Source of the DNA: Pristiophorus japonicus
Taxonomy: Eukaryota
NCBI RefSeq assembly: GCF_044704955.1
Contig: NC_091995.1
Location: forward strand, 17,732,001-17,796,000
Reading direction: 5' to 3'
DNA length: 64,000 nucleotides
In this document: positions 49,605 through 62,244 of the stretch, one piece after another
Layout of the letters: each line of letters begins with the position of its first letter
How positions within the stretch are numbered: the stretch's first letter is position 1
Translations under genes and position numbers: made by a program
Notes under the pieces: model-generated
What the model was told of the DNA's origin: nothing
Databases searched by the model: none
What the model saw: the letters and a program-made list of their open reading frames with translations, nothing else

Positions 49605-51400
49605 TGAGGGCAAGTATATCCTTCCATCGATAAGTAGAACGAAACTGTACACAATACTCGAGCTGTGGTCTCACCAGGGTTCTATATAATTGCAGTACGT
49701 CGTCTTTACTCTTATACTCAAATCCTCTTGTATTAAAGACTGGCATACCATTTGCTCTCTTAATTACTTGCTATATATGCATGTTAACCATCTGTGATTC
49801 CTGTACAGGTCCAGTTGAACAGCAACATTTCCCAATTATGCACCATTTAGAAAGTACTCTGATTTTCTATTTTTCTTACCAAAGTTGATACTTTCACATT
49901 TCTCCACATTATAATCTATTTGTCATGTTCTTGCCCACTCATTCAGCCTGTCTATATCCCCTTGAAGCCTCTTTGCATCCTCCTCGCAAATTACATTCCC
50001 ACCTAGCTTTGGATCATGAGCAAACCTGGATTAATTACATTTGGTTCCCTTATCAAAATCATTGATATAAATTGTGAATATTTGAGCCTTAAGCACCGAT
50101 CCTAGCAGAACTTCACTAGTTACAGCCTGCCACCAGAAAATGACCCGGTTATTCCTATTCTCTATTTTCTGTCCGTTAAACAATCCTCATTCCATGCTAA
50201 TATATTAACCCAATCCTATAGGCCATAATTTTGATTAATAAGCTCATTGGTGGCACCTTATAGATTGCCTTTTGAAAATCCAAATACACCACATCCACTC
50301 GTTTCCCTCTTATCTATTTTGCTAGTTAAAACCTCAAGATACTCTAACAGATTTGTCAACGTGATTATCCTTTCATAAATTCGTGTTGACTGTGCCCAAT
50401 CTTCTTATTATGTTCTAAGTGCCCTGTTACAACATCATTACTAATAGATTCCAAAGTTTTCCCTGCGACTGATGTCAGGCTTACTCTTTTATACTTACCC
50501 GTTTTCTCTCCCCCTCCTTTCTTAAATAGTGAGGTTACATTTGCCACCTTACAATCCGAAGGAACCATTCTAGAAGCTTTGGAATTTTGGAAGATGACAA
50601 CCAATGAATGCTGTATTTCTATAGCCACCTCTTTCAAAGCCCTAGGAAATAATCCATCAGATCCAGGGGATTTATCGGTTTTCCATCCCATTAATTAATC
50701 CAGTGCCATTTTTTTACTAATCCTAATTCATTTTAGTGAGAATCTTCATCCTTACCAGACCTTTGGTTCTCCAATCTTTCCAGCAAATATTTTGTGTCTT
50801 CTTCCGTGAAGACAGAAACAAAGCATTTTTCTGCCATTTCCTTATTCACCATTATAATTTCTCCGTTGTCTCAGCCTGTAAGGAACCCACATTTACTTTC
50901 ACTAATCTCTGCCTTTTTACATACCTACAGCAGCTTTTATATTCTGAAAATTTGTCTTGACCAGTCTATATGTAGATTAAAGTCCCCCATGATTACTGTA
51001 TCTCCCTTATTACATGCATTTCTAATTTCCCGAATTATGCACAGCCTTAAAATGTAACTATTGGTTGAGGTCTATATACAGCACCCACTAATCTTTTCTG
51101 CCGTTTGCTGTTTCTTAGCTCTACCCATATTGATTCTACTTCTTGTTTTTTCGAGCTAAGTTCTCTACTGTCTTTACCCTATCCTTTATTATCAGGGCTA
51201 CACCTCCTCCTTTTCCATTTTGCCTACCTATTGTAAAAGTAAAGTATCTTGGAACAATTGGTTCCCCACTTTGCTATTTGGCAACCACATCTCCGCAATG
51301 GCTATTAGATCAAACCTATTAATTTCTATCTGCACTATTAATTCTTCTATTTTGTTGTGAATGCTTAGCACATTCAGATATAATGTATTTAGCTTTTACA
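49605..51400 (-). mobile_element. Decayed CR1-like LINE (EN-RT)
   Basis: ORFs 50365..50691 (DKSPGSDGLFPR) and 49552..49746 (LVRPQLEYC). Confidence 0.8.
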
Positions 51401-51696
51401 TTTTTATATTCTGCACTGATGTCACCTTAGTCACCGATGCATTCTTACCTTTTTGTACTTTATCTGACCCGTCAAGAGTCACTCTGCTTATTTTTACCCA
51501 AATCTCCACTCTGATCTAGAGCCTTGAAAGATAGCACCTCTGACAGTACAGCGCTCCCTTAGCAGCTAGCACCAGATATCCTATGCGACTGTGACCATTA
51601 TCTCACATATCATCTCCTTCGTTTTGCACAGTTACCCCCTGAATGTTCGGGGCACGTGAACAGTCAAGAAGGAGGACCATAGCATGGTGCACTTAC

Positions 51697-51782
51697 TTCC
51701 CGGTGGAGGTCGAACAGGGTGGGTTCAATCTTGCTGCTGCTGCCTTACAGAGGGTCTTGGGGCATCCAGTAACTAGATATAT
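51697..51782 (-). pseudogene. Candidate decayed cytoplasmic exon
   Basis: Bounded by gctgtcag| and GGAA|gtaagt in non-repeat sequence; 86 nt. The phase-2 frame is Pro/Gln-rich (LLDAPRPSVRQQQQD*THPVRPPPG) with two stops. Confidence 0.25.
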
Positions 51783-52709
51783 CTGACAGCATTAGAACGC
51801 CACGAAATGTGGGTAAATAAACTTGGGTCTCATCAGAATGCATGTGAAAGTTGGCTGTAGGTTTGTTGATGATGTCATGGAATATTAGTATGCTGTTGAG
51901 GACAAGAAGCCAATCACGTAAGAGCCATTGCCAAATTTGCCACTCGCTGAGGTGACCATAGGGAAACAGGACGAAAAGGCAACCTGTACCGTTGTCTTGG
52001 AAGTGTTAATAAGCTACGCAGTGCCACAGGGATGAATCACAGTGAAGCAGTGTGCGAATTATGGATCAACTGTGTTGATAGCTGCAGGATGATGAAGGAT
52101 AATACACCAAGACTACAAACACAATGGCATATTACTGGTGACCTGAACAAGGGTAGTCTGGGTGGTGTGGACCGAAATAGGGGTGGTTACAGAGTTAGGT
52201 GTTCAGATGCATCTAGGTACCCTAGATAAGTTGAGAACTTTAGAGATTGATGCGTAGCTGAAGAGGATAGAGACATCGAAGGTTGGCTTTTTGTGAAAGA
52301 GGATAATGGGGACAGAGGGGTACAATGCCTGAGGAGGGGCAGGGCTGCACTGAAAGGAGGCAGTTGAGTTGCTTTTAGCGGGACTCTGAGCCCTAGATGG
52401 TAACTTTCATGGAGGTCGTCAGTCTGATAAGAACATAGTGGGTAAAGTTAGAGCGTTGTGGAGCAGGAACTGAAGTGTGTTGGGTTTGAGAACATCTGCG
52501 AGATAAAGAGGAAGCAGAAAACAAAGGTGGCCAAAAGGATAAATGTAACGGAAGTTGTATTCCAACACAGTGGCTGCTGCCAATTTGGCGAAATATTTAT
52601 ATTCACTTTTAATTTGCTGATCTACATCTTAAAACATGATGCGCGAGACAAGTGTGAAAAAGTGGGATATGCAGTGAAGAAAGCTTAGCGATTTGATGAG
52701 AATCAATAA

Positions 52710-53170
52710 TCATAGAAACATAGAAACATCGAAATATAGAAAATAGGTGCAGGAGTAGGCCATTTAGCCCTTCTAGCCTGCACCGCCATTCAATGAGTTC
52801 ATGGCTGAACATGCAACTTCAGTACCCCATTCCTGCTTTCTCGCCATACCCCTTGATCCCCCTAGTAGTAAGGACTTCATCTAACTCATTTTTGAATATA
52901 TTTAGTGAATTGGCCTCAACAACTTTTTGTGGTAGAGAATTCCACAGGTTCACCACTCTCTGGGTGAAGAAGTTTCTCCTCATCTCGGTCCTAAATGGTT
53001 TACCCCTTATCCTTAGACTGTGATCCTTGGTTCTGGACTTCCCCAACATTGGGAACATTCTTCCTGCATCTAACCTGTCTAAACCCATCAGAATTTTAAA
53101 CGTTTCTATGAGGTCCCCTCTCATTCTTCTGAACCAGTGAATACAAGCCCAGTTGATCCAGTCTTTCTTA
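52710..53170 (-). mobile_element. Young CR1 3' fragment, same subfamily as 2589-4492
   Basis: Near-identical 3' UTR and (TTTCTATG)n tail. Confidence 0.88.
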
Positions 53171-55565
53171 ATAGGTCGAATTTCTTGATAGGCAGAATGG
53201 TTAAAGCACAGAAAGAGGTCATTCAGCTCATCGGTCCATGTCAGCTCTCTGCAAAAGCACTTCAGCTGAGCCTTGGTGAGTTGCTGCAGGACATCGTGTA
53301 GATGGTATACACTGCAGCTACGGTGTGCCCATGTTGCAGGAAATAAATGTTGAAGATGGTGGATGGGGTAAAACATTATGGATGCAGGTAACGTGGATGT
53401 ACAAACTACCATGGCACTATAGGAAGAAGAGCCAGGAGTTTTCCAGTGCTTCCCTCAAACAATCCACCCCTCCCCTCAAAAAAATGATCATCTGATCCTT
53501 ACCTCATTTGCTGTCTGAGGAACTTTGTGTGGCGCAAGGCTGTTGCTGTGTTTAACTGCAAAGAAATTGTTACTGTCGGGTGTAATTTTACCTTTACCGC
53601 CTAGGTGTTAAGCCTAGGAAAAGCAAAGTGGAACGGTTGGTTATGATTCTTGCACTGAAGTAACAGAAGGTGCTGGATTTTCCTTTCATCAAAATCAATG
53701 GAAAGACATTCCATCGGATTCTTTTGGAAGCTTTGGTACCTACCCATGATAGTTTGTTCCATGATTGTCTCTGCGATGCTTAACGCCTAAACATTGAACA
53801 CAAGAGTCTACCTATATATTTCGAAACGTAGTTAGGTGGGCAGTGCTTTGAGCCGTCTGCAAACTCATAATTTCCTGGGGGAGGTGGTTCTCCCGGTCTC
53901 CACTCGTGACTTGGCTGGAAGTTCTGCAGTACCCCGCTGCAGCTAATACCCGTTTCTTCTGAGTTCCACCGATCTCCCGCCGTCTTTACCGCAGGAGATC
54001 GGGAGAATCCCGCAGATGTTATCTCCTCTCTTCAGTTTAACTTAAAGCTTTCATTTCAATAAGAGGTACAACGGAAAATCAACAGAGCAACCTGAATTGG
54101 GTCAACTGAGTCGAACTTTTATTACGAAAATATCACATACTATAGAGGATTATGATGAAATGTAATTAGTTGTGTGATGAAACTAGTTTGATTGCACAGT
54201 AATCAGTATGAACATACATGCCAGTATCCATTTTAACAGATGCATGAATCTGTTTATTTTCTCGTTTAGAACGCCCATAAGAATAGGGGCTAATACTTTT
54301 CATACAAATGTGATAAATGAACTCAATTAATACTAAAGAGCCTTATGTTAAAGCATTGGAGATTTCAAGTCCTTGCTATTGAATCATATCCATGTAAGGT
54401 TCTCCTATCATCCGCCGCTGAAAATCCCAGATGACACCGTGTTTCCGCCGAGGTTATGGTGGGAGAGCGGAACAACTCTGCAAAAATTGCGCCCCTTGTC
54501 CATCGGGTGCATCTTATCTTTGGGACAGATTGTGACGCTCCACTTACTTTGCTGAAACGTACAGCACCTCATCTGCATTCACGTCGCGTTCTGTTTCATT
54601 GCTCTCCTGCAAACTCAGCATGGCGTATTGCAAAGTGTCATTGCCCTCTTTCTATTGAGATGAAAGTGAGTCAGTGTTGAATATTGGAAATTGAATGGAG
54701 TGTTTGGCATCAAGCACAGTGTAATGTTTAAAACCGAGATGTTGTGCAGTTTCAATTGAATAGAATTCACCCCAGTGAATATTCTACATATAATTTAAAT
54801 ATGACTCCATCTCTCAAATATTTTAACAGGATAGAACACACCATCCTAAATATTACTGTTCTTTTGAATATATTTCAGCGTGCCAAAGATTGCACAATAA
54901 AAATAAAGAAACAAGGGAAAATAATCAACCTAAATAGTGTATAATAACAAGTATATTGTTGAAATCAATGCATTTGGAAGCAATTCACAATTCACGCTTA
55001 ATTAATTCGCGAACAGTGAGCTTCTGGGAAAGACAGATTGACATTTGCGAACTGTTGAGGAGAACTTTCCATTCGACTGAAGACTCACAGCTCACCGCTT
55101 ACCCTGTGTTTTCTCCTTCAGTTGCTGAACTACTTTGCATATCCTGCATTTTCTGTTTTGACTTCAGATTTCCAGCATTTGCTGGCTTCCTTCTTTTTTT
55201 CACTGATCATATGATGTGTATTTTTGTATGTGTGCGTGTGTTTGTGTAGTATCCTGAGTGCCCCTATTTTGGCGTCCATGTCGTGCATATACTCGTGTAT
55301 GTGCATACACCTGCCTGTTGGTGTGTGCCTATTAATATTCGTGAGAGTCTGTGTGAGTGTGCCTTTTTCTGTCTGGGTGGGCGTTTGAATCCTCAGACTC
55401 TCAGATTTAATTTCCTGGTTGGCTCTCTGTCGAATTATAACTAATATTTTAGTCCCCGTCTCCATTGGAATTTATTTTTCAACTTGACGTGCCTGTGCGT
55501 AAAACTGGGGATTGGGATGTGCCGTAATGCTACCTTTATGCCTATTTGGAAAGTTGAGAATCTAC

Positions 55566-55661
55566 CTCACATTTTCAACCCAATAGGTTGAGGCCGTCGA
55601 ACCTGGTTTCCTTTTTAGATTGTTACACCCCACGGAGAGAATTCTTTGTATTATAATCTAC
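55566..55661 (-). pseudogene. Candidate decayed cytoplasmic exon
   Basis: Strong acceptor (ctcttgtttacttttccag|G) and donor (GAG|gtag); 96 nt. In the frame set by the TM exon it begins with TAG, then IIIQRILSVGCNNLKRKPGSTASTYWVENV. Confidence 0.3.
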
Positions 55662-55789
55662 CTGGAAAAGTAAACAAGAGGTCAGTAGTTTTAAAAATAA
55701 AATAAAATTTGCTGTATAGCAGATTTGGTCTTCTGCACTCAGAGCTGTCATTATCCCCTCTATAAAGCATAGAAAAGAAACATATTTAT

Positions 55790-56760
55790 TTATATGAATT
55801 TATACAGTGCCATTCATGATCACTGGACGTCACAAAGCAGGATAAAGCGAATAAAGTCCTTTTCTGAAGTATTTTTTGAAGTTAGTTAGTATTGTAATGT
55901 AGGAAATGCAGAAGCGATTTTGCGCACAGTAAGCTTGCACAAACAACAACGCAATAGTAACCAAATAATCTGTTTTTTACGTTGATTGCGGGATAATTAT
56001 TGGCCAGTAGGGTATAACTCCACTGCTCTTCTTGGAAATAGTGCCTTGCTAGGTTTTACGTCAACATGAGATTGCAGACAAGGATTGCTTGCATTGGACA
56101 GGGTGCAGAGGAGATTTACAGGATTGTTGACTGGACTGGAGAATTTGGGCTATAAGGAAAATTTGGAAATGCTGCGTCTGTTTTCTTTGGAACAGAGGAG
56201 GCTAATGATCGTGGTGTATAAAATTATGATGGGCCTGGATAAAGTGGTTAGGTAGGACCTGCTTCCCTTGCAGAGAGGTCAACACACAGGGGACACAGAT
56301 TTAAAGTAATTGGGGGTAGTTTAGAGGAGGTATGAGGGGAAATTTCTTCACCCAGAGGTTGGTGCGGATCTGGAACTCATTGCCGGAAAGGGTGGTAGAG
56401 ACAGCAACCTCACCACATTTAAAAGATGCTTTGATGTGCAATTAAAGCACTGTAAACCTCAGAGCTTCGGACAAAGAGCTGGAAAGTGTGATTATTTTGG
56501 ATAGCTCTTGGTCGGCTTGCGCATATATGATGGGCTGAAATAGCCTCGTTTCATGCTGTGAATTTCAATGACTCTATGATTCTACTTAACGTCTCATCTG
56601 AAAGACGGCACCCCCCCAACCCACAGTGCAGTGCTCCGTCAGTGCTTCACTGGGGTGTAAGCCCAGATTTTTGGGCTACAAGTCCCTGGAGTGGGACACA
56701 AACCTACAACCTTCCGACTCAGAGGCGAGTGTGCTACCAAGTGAGCCACGGGAAATGACC
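55790..56760 (-). mobile_element. SacSINE1-like SINE split by a + strand CR1 3' fragment (~56080-56585)
   Basis: SINE head at ~56760 and tail at ~55790; the CR1 piece ends actctatgattct. Confidence 0.65.
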
Positions 56761-57740
56761 CTGTATAATTTAATTTTATTGAACAGTGTATACAATACAA
56801 TACAACATGCAGTGCCATGAATATATCGCTGTCATGCACTGTGTTATAATTTAATTGGATACAATAAACATGGGAGAAAGCAGAAGAACGCAATTAAATA
56901 AAATACAGTAGGATGCACCGCATTGCACAACAATAAAATGATACAATTAGTATGGTCCAACATATAATACTCTACCACACAATATAAAACAGCAGAAGAT
57001 TTTTCTGTTCAACTATTTACTTTAAACAACTAAGCAAGCAATTTGATATGAGTGTGCCAAACATTCATACGAAATAGAGTGATGTCCAGGCTAATCTTTT
57101 ATAATATATGATATATCATTGAAACGTACATTACAATATCATGTAATAATGTCTCACAAAAAATCAGCGTGTGGGAAGAAAATCTTTTAAAATATTATGT
57201 TAATCATAAACTTAACCCCTCAAATTGACATTGTGACCAAGACAACTAACATCTGTCACTCAATAGCCATTCTAGAAGAATGAGTTATTGAAACATAGAA
57301 TCATACAGTACAGACGGAGGCCATTGGGCGCAACCTGCCTGTGCTGGCTCTCTGAAAGAGCTACTAATTAGTCCTGCTCTTCCCCATAGTCCTGAAAAAT
57401 GTCCCCTTTTTAAAGTTACTGCTGGATCTGCTTCCACCAACCTATCTGGCAGTGCAGTCCAGCTCATGACCGCTCACTGAGGAATAAAACATCCTCATCT
57501 CCTCACTTGGCTCACATATGCCAGTTTTCTTTTATCGGTATCCTCTGCTTACCAGACAGGGTAATGACATAATATAATTTTTTATTCGTTCACGGGATGT
57601 GGGCTTTTCTAACAAGGCCAGTATTTCTTGCCCATCCCTAATTGCCCTTGAGAAGGTGGAGAGCAATCTTGAGCGCATGTAAACCCAGCGTTCCACCCAA
57701 TCCAGTTTGTTTCACACGCAGTGACTTAGGATGAATTTAC

Positions 57741-57885
57741 CACAGAATTTGCCAATCAGTAGAGTTACAGTTCATGCTCTTAACTCTCTTACGACGCCGG
57801 CTGATAACAACTACAATGACTATACCAATGATCAGGAGAGGCAAGGCTCCTGCTGCAAAGACGCCATTGCTCCTCTCTCCACCAT
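57741..57885 (-). pseudogene. Stalk/transmembrane exon of the NKp30-like paralog
   Basis: Bounded by ttacatttacacacag| and |gtaaat; phase-1 entry matches the V exon. Encodes DGGERSNGVFAAGALPLLIIGIVIVVVISRRRKRVKSMNCNSTDWQIL: a ~21-aa hydrophobic stretch followed by a basic stop-transfer motif. Confidence 0.72.
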
Positions 57886-58384
57886 CTGTGTGTAAATGTA
57901 AACGTCTCTTGTGAGACAGAGCAGCCACAGCAGGATAATGTTCACATTGAGATTGAGGATCAACAAATTTGACACACATTCCAATCCCCTTTGACATGCT
58001 GGGCTAAATTCATATTTAACACTGGCTTACATCAAACGATGCCACCGATGAAAGTTCAAATTGTCACCGATGGTCAACTGGAGAGAATCCGACCCTTGAT
58101 CGAACACTGGAAGAATTTTCATGTCGGGACGCTTAATGTAGGGTGCCAATTTTCTTTCTTTAAATGGGATGGGGTGGTGTTTGTGTGTGTGTTTGTGGGG
58201 GGGGGAGGGGGGAGTGCGGCCATGTGAGTTCCGTTACCATAGAAACAGGAAGAGACCATTTTGCCCCTCAAGCCTGCTCAGGCATTAAATAAGATCATGG
58301 CCGATTTGCAAACTAACTCCATATCCGTTTATACCTTTGTTTAACAAAGTGCTATCAATCACCGATTTCAAATGTATAATTAGG

Positions 58385-60430
58385 AACATAAGAACATAAG
58401 AAATAGGAGGAGGAGTAGGCCATGTGGCCCCTCGAGCGTGCTCCCCCATTCTAAAAGTTCATGGCGGGTTATCAACTTCAACTCCACTTTCCTGCCCATA
58501 TCCATACCCCTTGATTCCCCTAGACTTCACAAATCTATCTATCTCAGCCTTGAATATATTCAGAGACTGATCATTTACAACCCTCTGAGGCAGAGAATTC
58601 CAAAGATTCACAACCCCCTTGAGTGAAAATAAATCTTCTTCATCTCTGTGTAAGAGAAGGGCAGAATTCGTGGGAACCCCCCCACCCCCCCACCCCAGTG
58701 TTTGGACTTATTGGAAAGGAAATTTAGTTTGGAACTATCTACCTGAAAGTTTGAAGTCCTAAAATGCTCATGGAAGAAACTACGAACTTTAATCGAATTT
58801 GGGATTCTACAAGACAAATTAAGTCTGTGGGCAGGTCTAGAGAACTAAAGAAGCCAGTTTGATTAGTGAAACATTCTGGGGCATTGAGACCAAAGTAAAT
58901 TGTATGTAAAATGGATACTCGAAAGCCTTCTCCATAAGAGACATTAATATTGCAACAATTATCTCAGAGATGGCCAGCCATCAACCTGAACCTGCAAAGC
59001 CATTTTCAGCCTATGCATAAAAACAACAGGCCCACTCCAGCCTGCATGCAAATACAAGCACAAAAACATTGCAATTATCAAGCTAATATTTCCATCAAGA
59101 AACAGATTTAGAAGATCAACCCAGCGAGAAATATTAATTGTTAACGAGCCCGCCAAAATATTACAAAGAAATGCCAAGCCCGCCAAAATTAAACAAATAA
59201 TTTTGGTCTGATTTGGCGTGAAGATTAGGATAGCTCCTACAGTATAACTGGCCCCTGTTTTAACGAAGGATATGCTATACTACGCCTATGCCATCAAGAA
59301 GGGAGAGAAACCAACGCGACAGTTGTAAACTAACTTCTCCAGCCTCGACATCCTGAAATCAAAATGGAAGGAAGAATATCACCATCGCGACAGCAACTGA
59401 CCACAGCCAACGTGGTACCACTAAGCACCACCGCGATCGACCAACCTCCAAACAAAACTTCACAAGGAAGAAACCAAAGAATCAAAAGTTTCCACTCTAC
59501 AATCTAAGTCCTGACTACCAACAGGTGAAAACATTACTTAAAGAGACCTTGAGCCTATTTTTAATGAAGGAAAGCGGGTACTTACCCCATAGATCCAAAA
59601 CGCGCCCTACCGCATCAGTGGACACCACCCAACTGAGGACTACACTGCGAGAAGTCCTCTACGATGTTCGAGGTATGACAAGCAGACCCGAGAGAATACA
59701 GCGAACCCCGAAATCATGAAGCACCACTAACTAACAGTAAAGGATTGGTAAGCATAATCCCTGCCTGCCCTGGAGTCTAATCTAGTTAGTCTTAGGTATT
59801 GGGAGGTGGAAGGTGTAATTTTCATTGCAACCCCTTTGAATGTGTGATGTACTGTTCTTTATTAGTGTAATTATAGGTGTGACATTGTATTTTCTTATCC
59901 TTAATAAAAATCAAAGTTATTTTGCACCAAACCAGTGGTCTTTTGCACTTCATCACATCCCCCAAATAAATTCAGAGTCTAGAACCCAAGAGAGTGTGAG
60001 CGATTCGAACCGCTCAAATAGGTCAGAGGTGAACCTGACCCCCGGGACCACCCCTTACATCTGCCTTAAATGGCCCAACACATATCCTGAGACTTTAGCC
60101 CCTAGTTCTGGACAGTCCAGCCAGGAGAAGCTGCCTCTCAGCATCTACCCTGTCAATTCACTTCAGAATCATGGATTTTTCAATCAGATCACCTCTCATT
60201 CTTCTAAACTCCAGAGAGTATAGGCCCATTCAATTGCCCCAGCATCAATTGCCATTTGCCGAAGAGAATGCCAAACTTCTACCACCCTTTGTGTGTAGAA
60301 ATGTTTCCTAATTTCACTCCCTAAAAGTCTGGCTCTAATTTTTAGATTACGCCGCCTGGCCCTAGAATCCCCAACCAGTTAAAATAGTTTCCCTCTATCT
60401 ACCTATCTGTTCCGATTAATATCTTGAGAG
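58385..60430 (-). mobile_element. CR1-like 3' fragment(s) hosting the solo LTR
   Basis: (cataagaa)n tail at ~58385. The sequence catctctg|ccttaaatgg is restored on removing the LTR. Confidence 0.75.
58649..60059 (+). mobile_element. Solo LTR (1411 bp) of an LTR retrotransposon or endogenous retrovirus
   Basis: TGTAAG...CTTACA inverted termini; 4-bp TSD TCTG (58645-58648, 60060-60063); interrupts a colinear CR1 3' fragment; AATAAA at 59903-59908 sets orientation; no coding capacity. Confidence 0.82.
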
Positions 60431-61304
60431 TTTCGCTCTTCCTGACGAGCGTTCCTGGATTCATTAGACCCTGGAGGTGCACGCAGCCCCAGCACTAACG
60501 AGAAAATTGTCCCTTCATATTTACGGGATGCATAAAACAAAAGAAGTTCTGGATATTCGACTTGCCGTAAATGGGTGGTCAACAAAGTTCTTTCGTGGAC
60601 CCTTCTTCGCATTTTGATGGAGCGCAATGTGCTAATTTCTATTCACATACACAACTATATCTGCCTCTACCTCCAGTTACAAGATGGCAATGCAGTCTAA
60701 CTTGTCATAGACGTGTTAACCTGTTTATTCCTAATATTGGCACGCTGCAAATTCAAGGCTCACGTGTTGCTCTCGTTCAGGGGCTGCAGTCTTCACCTTA
60801 CATCTTGTAACTGGGTTGACTACTTTTCTATAGTCCTACCTAAAATGATACATAACTGAATTTTACGAATAGCTTCCTTCTATTTATTCTAAAGAAAAAT
60901 CATTCTCAGGATACGGGTGTCGCTGGGGAGACCTGCATTTATTGCCCATCCTTAATTTCCATTGCGAAGGTGCAGTAGCACTTCTTCTTGAACGCTGCAG
61001 TCATGAGGTGAAGGTGTTCCTACTGCACTGTTAGGAAGGGAGTGCCAGGGATTTGAAAGGAACAGCGATAAAAGTTCAAGTCAGGCTGGTGTGTGACTTG
61101 GAGAGGAAATTGGAGGTGCTGATCCTCCCATGCACCTGCTGCCCTTATCCTTCGAGCTGATGGAGGTCGTGGGTTTGGGAGTTCCAATTGATCAAGTGGA
61201 TAATGTATCTATAAGGCCAATAGTACTCCCGAGAAAAAATCCATATGATTCTTTTAATTCCATTGGTAAGAATATCTCCCCCTATTCAAACTTATGTCCT
61301 TCAC

Positions 61305-61630
61305 CACGTTTCACGACCTGTGTTGTGCCGGTTCCATATGCAGTACTGATTCTCACGAGCTCCACTTTGCAAATATAGAAACCTGTATCTCCCGGGTCCA
61401 GTTGGATTATTCTAATGGACGCTTTTCCCCTCTGACGGAAGTCCTCTTCATCTCTGCCTCTGTATTCGTCTGTGCTGTTGGAAACTTCAATTCAATGTTT
61501 GGAGCTCGGTGACATTGGTAGCCGCCGATCGCTGTGGGACCTTCATATGTGCAGACCATATCCGCTGTCTGTCCCACCATTTTGGTGAGAGATTGCGGGC
61601 TCTGAGATACTTTGATGTTTCCAGCAGTAA
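61305..61630 (-). pseudogene. Disabled NKp30-like V exon
   Basis: Homologous to exons A/B (VSQSPQSLTKMVGQTADMVCTYEGPTAIGGY...EVSNSTDEYRGR..EEDFRQRGKASIRIIQLDPGDTGFYICKVELVRISTAYGTGTTQVVK). Lesions: core Trp changed to Cys (TGT), a 1-nt deletion just after it, an in-frame GGA->TGA, a 12-nt deletion in the D-strand region, and a weak donor (gtgaag). Confidence 0.85.
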
Positions 61631-62244
61631 CTTTGCAAGTGGGTAAAACGGACCCTTTATAAATAGACAGTGCACATCTTTGAGTTAAAACATGCCGCGG
61701 AAGGGCTGGTTTTAATCAAATATTGTTCTGAGGATGTTTGATAAGGTATGAATGATCTTTAATTGGGGATATAATAAACAGAAAATGCTGGATATATTCA
61801 GCAGCTCTGGAAGCATGTGTGGACAGAGAGCAACAAATTTAACATTCCAGGTGGATGACCTTTTGCCAGACCTGGAAAAAGGTAGCGATGTGTCAGGTTT
61901 TAAGCAAGTGCGGAGTGTAGCGAAAGAATGGAGGAGAGGAAAGAACAACATGTAAAGTCTGTGATAGGGTGGAAGGCAGGATAGATTAATTCACAAAAGG
62001 AATGATGGTGCAAGGCATAAAGAGAAGGTAATGGGACAAGAAAAGAAACGAAAGGTGTCTAGAAGAGGTGTAACTGGTTAACTTGAGAGATATTGGAACT
62101 AGAAATGGAGCGTCTTTTTATTTTGGGTGCATTCTTAGGTCAAGCACAGAATGGATCTTTTAAAAAGTAACTCTGCCCTTTTCCAAATAATAAGCATTAA
62201 CTTTAATTTCAGTACTCCTGATTGCGCCGGCGTGATACATATAT

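Noticed and set aside
55130-55465. 111-aa minus-strand ORF as a cytoplasmic exon
   Set aside because: Made largely of degenerate (CA)n sequence and a repeat end.
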